This document shows positions 6,840 through 14,330 of a stretch of DNA of 32,000 bases, one piece after another (position 1 is the stretch's first letter; each line of letters starts with the position of its first letter). The stretch is taken from positions 54,169 through 86,168 of the forward strand of contig JAJRZD010000059.1 of the NCBI GenBank assembly GCA_024275415.1, written 5' to 3'. Under the pieces are notes generated by a model, which saw only the letters and a program-made list of their open reading frames with translations, did no database searches and had not been told where the DNA came from. Made by a program: the position numbers and the translations under genes. This stretch comes from an archaeon. Lineage in GTDB: Archaea; Asgardarchaeota; Thorarchaeia; Thorarchaeales; Thorarchaeaceae.

Positions 6840-7865
6840 TTAATAGAAGACCACTTGAACATCCTTCAACCGCTCCCTCAACGGCCATGTTTTATCCATG
6901 ACCGTGGATCGATACTTTTCTGCAATCCGAATGTTCACATGTGCATCCACGGTCAGGTATTGGAACTCTTTGCAGTTCATTAGAGGAGTGAGATCCAATT
7001 CATCAAGCATATTGTCCTCCAGCCGTAGATTTTTCAATGTCGTCAGTTCGGATAGAGGAGAAAGATCGATGGATTCAAGCCTATTGCCATCCAACTGTAG
7101 ATTCTCCAATGTCGTCAGTTCGGATAGAGGAGAAAGATCGATGGATGAAAGGCTATTCCCGTGAAGGTCAAGATATTCCAATGGGCACTGTGAAAGAGGA
7201 GTCAGATCCAACTTTCTCACGTCAGCACATCCTGCGACTGTCAAACGTTCAAGGTTCTCACACTGAGGTAATGTGACAGGAGTTCTGTTTTTGACGATAC
7301 TACCAAGCATATGCATCGGATGAAGCAAATCCCCTAAGAACAATGTTCGCAGTGACCTTGAACCTGACAATGGCGTGAGATCAAATTGATAATGTGTCAC
7401 TGTGTTGATGAAGAGTCGCTCTAGCGAGGGACACTCTGACAGTCCGTCTAAAATGATGGACTCTATAGGGCCCTCTACCTCGATGTTCTTAATACTCGCA
7501 CTCCGCCTCAACGGGCTCAAATCCACCGAGTTCATCTGTGAACCACGAACTTGAAGATTCAACCTCTCAAAAGTCGGGAGCTTGCAAAGTCCTTCTAAAT
7601 CGATTGCCTGCATGTTCTGAGCTCTGCTCACTGAGAACCCCCGAAGGTTGTCAAATTTGCTGAACAAACTAGTGTCAATGAATTCATTCTTAATGTAGAA
7701 AGAGGAGATATTCTCGATATTCGGAGCAATGTCTACGACTTGTTCTACAAGTTTTTCATCAATGTATATCTGTGAGAAAGTGCAATTTTTTATATCATCA
7801 GGCACTTCCTTGACTGTGAGCGTGCCATCTTTGAGCACATCGGGACTTATTGTCAAATTATCCAT
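6840..7865 (-). CDS. Leucine-rich repeat protein with ~24-aa repeats of type IDLSPLSELTTLENLQLDGNRLE
   Basis: Repeated DLSPL/DLTPL...LxxLxLxxN units across most of the protein. Confidence 0.93.
   Translation of the reverse strand: MDNLTISPDVLKDGTLTVKEVPDDIKNCTFSQIYIDEKLVEQVVDIAPNIENISSFYIKNEFIDTSLFSKFDNLRGFSVSRAQNMQAIDLEGLCKLPTFERLNLQVRGSQMNSVDLSPLRRSASIKNIEVEGPIESIILDGLSECPSLERLFINTVTHYQFDLTPLSGSRSLRTLFLGDLLHPMHMLGSIVKNRTPVTLPQCENLERLTVAGCADVRKLDLTPLSQCPLEYLDLHGNSLSSIDLSPLSELTTLENLQLDGNRLESIDLSPLSELTTLKNLRLEDNMLDELDLTPLMNCKEFQYLTVDAHVNIRIAEKYRSTVMDKTWPLRERLKDVQVVFY
7035..7146. repeat. Two identical 40-bp copies at 72-bp period (adjacent LRR units)
   Basis: CAATGTCGTCAGTTCGGATAGAGGAGAAAGATCGATGGAT at 7035-7074 and 7107-7146. 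Confidence 0.95.
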
Positions 7866-7933
7866 AGTTGTAGAACTCTATGTGGGACATATGAATTTAC
7901 AGCCTGAGATGGCGCTATAAGACAATCTGATAG

Positions 7934-8308
7934 TTGAAGAAACAGAGTTCCCGATTAGTAGTTCATCTCACAAAGAAATGCTTCATTCTTGCTCGATTTC
8001 CAAAGGATGGTCATTTGCCGATGAATATCGTCGCGCTGTTTATGTGGAAACACCCGAGCATACAGTATAGCAATCGTTGGCCCGGGTGTGATAGAAGAGG
8101 TTTCATACTTTCTGCAAGCGAGGTTCAAAAGAAAGAAGAAAACAAATCTGGTGGTTACGATTGCATAATCATCCAGTTCATGGACATAGACAATATCAAA
8201 AAGGCACGCATTACAACTCCCAAATTCTTTACCTCAGAGTATGATCATGTCAAGTACCAAAGAGCCATTATTCAGATGGCTAAGATGTATGATGAGAGGT
8301 TTGGGTAA
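7934..8308 (+). CDS. Hypothetical protein (124 aa), AT-rich, no recognised family
   Basis: Fills the gap between the LRR gene and the methyltransferase and ends 1 nt from the convergent MTase stop. No motif recognised. Confidence 0.5.
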   Translation: MKKQSSRLVVHLTKKCFILARFPKDGHLPMNIVALFMWKHPSIQYSNRWPGCDRRGFILSASEVQKKEENKSGGYDCIIIQFMDIDNIKKARITTPKFFTSEYDHVKYQRAIIQMAKMYDERFG

Positions 8309-8309
8309 A

Positions 8310-9956
8310 CTATCGATTGTACCGCCTACCACGCAGCATTAGAGCACCTTTTCGCAGTAGCTCGATGTCAGCGGCAGACAGCCCAAGGTGGTTCTGCAGT
8401 ATGATGGTGTCAACCAGTGTTGTTGCCTCATCCATGTTCTTACTTCGAAGGAGCTCGTCAACCTCACGGACTAGAGAGCTCATCGTTTTTGAAGACATGT
8501 CAGGGATCGCAATGAAGGTCTTTTGAGCCTCGCCAGGCTCAAGCTTCAACATGCCTCCACCCATGCTATGCCCTTCGATCTCAGTACTCAATAATGTCAA
8601 ACTAGTTATCCAAGATACTGCAAGTTCGTTCATCGACACTTCTGCATTCTCTTTCAGGCGAACTATGAGGAGTGTGTTGGGCGCCACGACATCGGCTGTA
8701 TTGGAAACCAGTTTTGCACGTTTTCCGCTCATATAGGTCAACAAGCCATCGCAAGAATAGACATGAGGGACTACATACCACGGCGACCGAACTCTACATT
8801 TGTAGGACTTGTGAACACCATGACGCTCACCATATCGTATATAATCGAGAACAGAAGAGGGGAGTATGCCCGATGCACGGGATAAGTCAAGGAGGAAGTT
8901 TGCTGAACCACGACCGATAAGGGATTCCCAATCGTGTCGAGTAAACAAAAGCCCTGATAGCTGAGAACCTGTTCTGACACAGGGAGTTAGATACTCCTCA
9001 GGGATATGCCATGTTTCTGCATCCTCCTTTGTCAAATGAAAGAAGTCATTGTTGCCGGTTACATAGCCGATGTTCACAATTGCAGCATCACCAAGACGGA
9101 TGACCTGTCCACTTGATTTTAAGCGATTGTACAATTTTATCGTGTCAGCGGGCAACAGGTATTCCAGAAGTCGCGATTGTCCTGATACTATGTTAGAGAT
9201 GGATACAGGTGTCTTTCCACGGAGAGGCAGTTTGAGAGTCTTGAGCGATTCCAGATCAACAATTGACATGGATTGAGGAGGATGTCGAAAGCCGTCACAC
9301 AAGAGCAATAGCGCATCCTGTGACAAGTCAGGGAATATCCTTCGTCTAAATGTGATGAGGATGACCTCTCGAAAGGACTGCGAGATAAATCTCAAAACAG
9401 GCTGAGCGTACGAAGCATGCATCAACTCTGCGGGGACGACCATCGCCAAACGGCCGCCTGCACGGAGAAAGCTAGCTGCATGAATCAAGAACGGCGACCA
9501 TGACGAACTCAGACCATTCAGAGTAACTCCAAGATTACGAACACGTGCCATAGCCTTCTCGCGTACACGACCTTTGAATCTTTGATATCGGATGAAAGGC
9601 GGATTGCCAGCAACAACATCGACAAGTGGAATGTCTGGTTGTTCAAGGGAAGTCCCATTCTCTCCTAAGACATCAAAAAAATCAGCTTTGATGAGATTGG
9701 CTTGGGGGATCTGAGAAAGACGGCTGACAACTGAGTCATAGACATTATGATCTATTTCAACACCATGAATCTGGTGTGGTTCACCACCAATCTCTTTCAA
9801 TCGCTCACACGCGGCATCGAGAAAGACACCATCACCAAATGACGGATCAAGAATGGTGTCAGTGGGCTTGCGAATAGCCCATGTCACTAGAAAGCTCGCG
9901 ATAGAAGGGTCGGTATAGAAAACACCCAGCTCCTTCCTTCTCTCCGCCATACTCAT
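8310..9956 (-). CDS. N6-adenine DNA methyltransferase, gamma class (Eco57I/TaqI-like MTase domain), apparently solitary
   Basis: GVFYT, motif I LDPSFGDGVFL, motif IV GNPPFIRYQ, RLAMVVP, and C-terminal PWY...GGGMLKLEP region. Confidence 0.93.
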   Translation of the reverse strand: MSMAERRKELGVFYTDPSIASFLVTWAIRKPTDTILDPSFGDGVFLDAACERLKEIGGEPHQIHGVEIDHNVYDSVVSRLSQIPQANLIKADFFDVLGENGTSLEQPDIPLVDVVAGNPPFIRYQRFKGRVREKAMARVRNLGVTLNGLSSSWSPFLIHAASFLRAGGRLAMVVPAELMHASYAQPVLRFISQSFREVILITFRRRIFPDLSQDALLLLCDGFRHPPQSMSIVDLESLKTLKLPLRGKTPVSISNIVSGQSRLLEYLLPADTIKLYNRLKSSGQVIRLGDAAIVNIGYVTGNNDFFHLTKEDAETWHIPEEYLTPCVRTGSQLSGLLFTRHDWESLIGRGSANFLLDLSRASGILPSSVLDYIRYGERHGVHKSYKCRVRSPWYVVPHVYSCDGLLTYMSGKRAKLVSNTADVVAPNTLLIVRLKENAEVSMNELAVSWITSLTLLSTEIEGHSMGGGMLKLEPGEAQKTFIAIPDMSSKTMSSLVREVDELLRSKNMDEATTLVDTIILQNHLGLSAADIELLRKGALMLRGRRYNR

Positions 9957-10036
9957 TATAATTTCATCCGCTCACAGTACTTGATTGCAGACTGATAATA
10001 TAAATTCATCAATTGGAAATGCGCCGGCGTGCCATG

Positions 10037-10055
10037 TGCATCCAAGTGGGATGCA
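10037..10055 (-). terminator. Short hairpin just after the oxidoreductase stop
   Basis: TGCATCC-AAGTG-GGATGCA, 7-bp stem. Confidence 0.3.
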
Positions 10056-10058
10056 TGA

Positions 10059-11408
10059 CTATCGCTTGAGTCGTTTTCGAGCGGCATCTGCGGACTGCAC
10101 TAGTGGATCCCAAGTGTCGCAGATTGCTGGAGCATAGCAGTTCTCGAAATCGAACAGCTCGACCACATCTATGCCCTGCTGTATCCCCAACGTCAACACA
10201 TTGATTCGCATCGCAGCATCTTCCATGCCGACCAGCTGTCCGCCCACGAGCTTGCCAGACTCCTTGTCATAGTAGGTCTTGACTTTCAGCTCTTTCCCGC
10301 CTGTGAAGTACGGGGGTTTCGTGCTACCCTTAATCGAGCCTTTGGTCACAGAAACCTCGAACCGCCTTGCCATGTCCTCAGTGAGGCCGGTGCTGGCGAT
10401 CTCCAGACCGAAGAGCTTGGTGACCTTCGCACCGACAATCCCTGGAAAGATGGCATCACCACCCGCAGCATTGATCCCAGCGACCCGAGCTTGTCTGACT
10501 GCGACAGTCCCGAGACCTCCAGACATGGGTTTCCGGGTTATGAACTCGACATGTTCCGCACAATCGCCACAGGCATAGACGCCCTCAAGATTGGTTTCCA
10601 TTCGCTCATTAACAACAATGCCCTTCGTTGAACCCAACTGCACGCCAATCTTCTCTGCGAGTTCTGTATTGGCTCGTACTCCAGTAGCGACCACAACAAA
10701 GTCTGCTGGAACGACCCTCTCTTCATCAGATTGTCGGTCAACGACTTTCACACCAGTGGGCGTAGCATCGCCGATGACTTCCTGTGCCGCGGTATTCGTC
10801 AGGATGTTCAGTCCATGCTCAGCACAGTGTCTTTCGACAATCATTGCGAAGTCGGGATCTACCATTGCAAGCAGGATATTCGGGAGGAATTCAACTACTG
10901 TTACATCAAGCCCCCGTTCCTTGAAAGCTTCCGCAATCTCCATGCCAACGAGACCACCACCAATGACCACAGCATGCTTCGCTTTATCTAGCTCAGCTGC
11001 AAGGGCCTTGGCATCGTCTAATGTCCTTAGTCCATAGACACGATCCTTATCGAGTCCCTTTATCGGTGGGTCTGCGTTCCGTGCACCCGTTGCAAAAATC
11101 AGCGTATCATACTGAAGTTCGCCGCCCTCATAGTGAATCGTCTTCTTGTCATGGTCGATAGCAGACACTGTAGTTCCAAGTTTTGCGTCAACCTTGATCA
11201 TATCCCAGTTGTCGGGAGGCATCAACACAAGATCGTCGAACTCACGAACCTTCCCAGAGATTGTATAGGGAAGCCCACATCGTGAGTACTGAGAATATGC
11301 CTCACTATTGAAGACAGTGACGTCAACCTTGCGGTTGTATTTCCGTGCCTGCATCGCAGCAGTCGCACCTGCAGCGCCACATCCGATGATGACGATCCGT
11401 TCAGCCAT
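10059..11408 (-). CDS. FAD-dependent pyridine nucleotide-disulfide oxidoreductase (NADH oxidase / CoA-disulfide reductase / NAD(P)H:sulfur oxidoreductase family)
   Basis: IIGCGAAG FAD motif, single redox Cys in YSRCGLPY, GGGLVGMEIAE NAD(P)H motif, YACGDC, C-terminal dimerisation CYAP. Start set to ATG 11408; the ORF track gives 11447. Confidence 0.95.
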   Translation of the reverse strand: MAERIVIIGCGAAGATAAMQARKYNRKVDVTVFNSEAYSQYSRCGLPYTISGKVREFDDLVLMPPDNWDMIKVDAKLGTTVSAIDHDKKTIHYEGGELQYDTLIFATGARNADPPIKGLDKDRVYGLRTLDDAKALAAELDKAKHAVVIGGGLVGMEIAEAFKERGLDVTVVEFLPNILLAMVDPDFAMIVERHCAEHGLNILTNTAAQEVIGDATPTGVKVVDRQSDEERVVPADFVVVATGVRANTELAEKIGVQLGSTKGIVVNERMETNLEGVYACGDCAEHVEFITRKPMSGGLGTVAVRQARVAGINAAGGDAIFPGIVGAKVTKLFGLEIASTGLTEDMARRFEVSVTKGSIKGSTKPPYFTGGKELKVKTYYDKESGKLVGGQLVGMEDAAMRINVLTLGIQQGIDVVELFDFENCYAPAICDTWDPLVQSADAARKRLKR

Positions 11409-11696
11409 TGATGATATCTCCTGAGCATTCCCACAAACAACACCCATTTCAGGTTTTCCAAATAACCTGTGTATTATAACAAACGGAGAATGACTTCATC
11501 CACAAGAAACTCTTGCGTTTTGTTTCTCTCCTCCAGCATCAACACTCCTTCAGGACTCGATGAGCAATCATGACGTATTGAAACAACCATCAAGCCAGCC
11601 GGTCGGAAAAACCTCGTTCTACAAAGGTGATGGCAAGAACTATCGCAGGTCATTGTTGAATATAGATAAGATATGTCAGCAACGAATTCAATGATG

Positions 11697-11717
11697 AAGG
11701 GGGAGCCAGTCCCCCTT
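11697..11717 (-). terminator. GC-rich hairpin downstream of the 527-aa gene
   Basis: AAGGGGGA-GCCAG-TCCCCCTT, 8-bp stem, 10 nt beyond the stop. Confidence 0.45.
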
Positions 11718-11727
11718 GCGTCATGGA

Positions 11728-13311
11728 CTATTGTTTCTCTTTCTCCAGTTCCTCTGGAGTGAGTTGGTTTGAACCATCCTCGGGGTCAGAAGATTCAGGC
11801 TCGGTCTTCGATCCTTCATCCTCCTCTTCGTCTGTTGATTCAGGCTCGCCTGCTGCCTCGGTAGATTCAGCAGGTTCCTCATCGGCAGGCTCAGAAGGCA
11901 CATCACCCTTCTGCTCAGCCTCTGTTGGCATCATCTTCCCACCAGCTTCTACTTCCTTACGCAGCTTCTCAATCTGTATCTTACGAGCGAAGTAAAGAGC
12001 CACAATCACAGCTAGGGACATCCCTGCACCGACGATGGTGAGGGTTGTCTGGAACTGGCTTGATGCACCACCCAAGAGCTGTTGCCATGTAAGGATGAGG
12101 AACATCAGTCCCCCAATATTGATGACGAAGCTCTTGAAGGGAGTGTCAATCTTCTTTATCTCTGTCACGTCGGTGTCAACCATTGCCGCGCCGATGACCC
12201 CAGCGTTGTACTGATTAGATTTGATCTTCTTTGCCAGTTTCTGGATGGAGAGTGACTTCTTTTTCCCCATGACCTTCACTGCCCTCTCGGTTCTACCAAT
12301 GAGCAGCTCGGTATATGCATCCCGTGCCTGGTCTTCACCTATTTTGCATTTCTTGCAGGTGTTAGTTTTCTTGTCCCAGTTCCTCTTGCACTTCGGACAT
12401 TTATCACCAGGCCATGCATCAGGCGCCACAGCACGTAGGCGTTGACGGATGATGTATTCGCTGACAGCAGAGTCCTCCCTTTCTGTGGTTTCCTCTCCTT
12501 CCTTCTTCTTCTTTTTCTTGACCCTGACATAAGAAGCCACTATCGAGAACAGGAGGGGCAATGCTCCAAGCACTGTCAGGTTGGGCAACGAACGGATTTC
12601 GGAGGCTTTCTTCTGAATGCTCCGAACCTTGTGAGCGGTCTGAATGCCATCAAACAGCGCCTTGATGTTGCCTCCAATCCCAGCAACGGCACCTACCGTC
12701 GATACTGTGGTAGCAATTCCAGCCACTGAAGTAACAACATCAAGGAAGTCGTCTGCCTCTAGGCGTAGATAAAATTCCTTGCTTATCTGATGGAGTACGG
12801 AAGACCGGGCAGCATCTGTGGGATCGACCTCTGAATAAAAGAAATTCATACGAGCCTCAAAAACTCCAGTGATAAGATCGACAGGTCCCGCCCGCAGGTA
12901 ATCGCTAAGGTTGAACGAGTAGGTCACTGGTGGAGGATCAAAGGCAGGATCATTCGACACAAGCACAGTGGTCGAGTTGTCATATGGGCTCTGGATCACA
13001 ATCGGCAATATAGGAATATCATTATAGTAGAAAACGATGCTTCCATTCATCAAGAGGGGCACATCATTCGTCACATTGATGTCCATGTACAATTCCACAG
13101 GGCCAGATTTAGGGATGACGATAGCATTTGTATCCGAATCCGCATTCATAATAGAAACGCCATCGAAGCGGATATCGACATGTAGTTTCTCATCCTCGAT
13201 CCACGAGCCTCCGTAGGTATCAGCCTGAACTGAGTTTATTCCACTAACAAACACGAGGACGAAAAATCCAATTAATAGTAAATAGGCAATCCGTAAATGG
13301 GAGCGTGCCAC
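11728..13311 (-). CDS. Hypothetical membrane protein: signal/TM, beta-rich ectodomain, TM pair, Zn ribbon, possible HTH, TM pair, acidic tail
   Basis: Hydrophobic N-terminus, VKKKKKK stop-transfer, CPKC-x9-CKKC, E/D/P-rich C-terminus. Confidence 0.85.
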   Translation of the reverse strand: MARSHLRIAYLLLIGFFVLVFVSGINSVQADTYGGSWIEDEKLHVDIRFDGVSIMNADSDTNAIVIPKSGPVELYMDINVTNDVPLLMNGSIVFYYNDIPILPIVIQSPYDNSTTVLVSNDPAFDPPPVTYSFNLSDYLRAGPVDLITGVFEARMNFFYSEVDPTDAARSSVLHQISKEFYLRLEADDFLDVVTSVAGIATTVSTVGAVAGIGGNIKALFDGIQTAHKVRSIQKKASEIRSLPNLTVLGALPLLFSIVASYVRVKKKKKKEGEETTEREDSAVSEYIIRQRLRAVAPDAWPGDKCPKCKRNWDKKTNTCKKCKIGEDQARDAYTELLIGRTERAVKVMGKKKSLSIQKLAKKIKSNQYNAGVIGAAMVDTDVTEIKKIDTPFKSFVINIGGLMFLILTWQQLLGGASSQFQTTLTIVGAGMSLAVIVALYFARKIQIEKLRKEVEAGGKMMPTEAEQKGDVPSEPADEEPAESTEAAGEPESTDEEEDEGSKTEPESSDPEDGSNQLTPEELEKEKQ

Positions 13312-13390
13312 ACGATAACCTCCATAATCAAGAGGGTTAAGTAGTATCGCCTATTCTGAAAAGGGTTTTGATGATTGATAGGTGCAAGTC

Positions 13391-13783
13391 CTAGAGGGTT
13401 CTTGCAATGTCAGCAATCTTCTTTGCGATGCTGTGGAACCCTTCGCTCTTCTTCATTATGCCTTTCGCTCCAGCCAATTGTGCAGCTGCTATCAGCTCCG
13501 GTGAGAGATACGCGGTCATTAGATAGATATTCTTCAATCCCATGCTGGACAGTTCTGCTGATACCTCTAATCCGCCGACCCTGGGCATACGGTAATCAAG
13601 TATCGTGATGTCGGGGAGTACATGTTCCCTTCCGGATTCAATCCGTTCCCGTATAGTATCAATCGTTTCCTCACCACTTGCACTAGACTCCACAATAAAA
13701 TCATCGAGGAACCTCCTGAGATAAATCCCGATGAGCTTGGGGACTGCAGCATCGTCATCAACGAGCAGAATACGAATGGTCAT
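13391..13783 (-). CDS. Stand-alone response regulator receiver domain (CheY-like)
   Basis: ILLVDDD acidic pocket, phospho-acceptor LDYRMP, MTAY, conserved K in GAKGIMKK. Confidence 0.95.
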   Translation of the reverse strand: MTIRILLVDDDAAVPKLIGIYLRRFLDDFIVESSASGEETIDTIRERIESGREHVLPDITILDYRMPRVGGLEVSAELSSMGLKNIYLMTAYLSPELIAAAQLAGAKGIMKKSEGFHSIAKKIADIARTL

Positions 13784-14330
13784 GCAGATTCAAAACTCAT
13801 GCAGCATATCCTACTTATCAATTGTACTGAAGTAGTGTTGGTAATATATGCAAAAAACTTGTAAGAGGTTGTAGATAACATGGATCTCGTGTCAGAAATC
13901 TAGTGTGTGCTTACATAATGTATTTGAAGGGCTGGGATTTGGGGTGTCCCTAGCACACTTTCGGCCTCATAGTTATCCCGTTGCTGCCCATTGGGAGGCG
14001 AACACACTGTTATACAAGCTGTGTAAATAATAGTGTACTGTACTGGTTAACATATTGCCAAATTGTGTTGAATCTAGTGTGGCCCGAACCGAAAATAGAG
14101 CGATTTTAGAAGTAGGATTAACGATGCTAAGATTCTATGCAGACTTGCATTTGTTTGAAATCAAGTCGTTCATAAAAGGTAGTATGCTTCTAGACCCTCA
14201 GCGGATAATCCCTCAAGTAGTTCGGTTATTCTTTGGTCTACTCAGTAGTCGGATGTGATTTCTTGCAATCACATTTATATATTTGGTAGATATACAAACT
14301 TCAGAAAAATGATATAGAGGGCATTGCTCA

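Noticed and set aside
7035-7146. 40-bp direct repeat as a CRISPR mini-array or DGR template/variable repeat
   Set aside because: It lies in frame within an LRR gene at exactly one repeat period (72 bp). There are only two copies, no cas or reverse transcriptase genes, and no adenine-specific mismatch pattern within the repeat.
3417-10058. Island as a provirus or integrative element because of the MCM-like domain
   Set aside because: No integrase, capsid or AAA+ helicase domain, and no att-like direct repeats found at the edges by eye.
14055-14258. 67-aa ORF in the AT-rich leader
   Set aside because: TTG start, short, and no recognisable motif.
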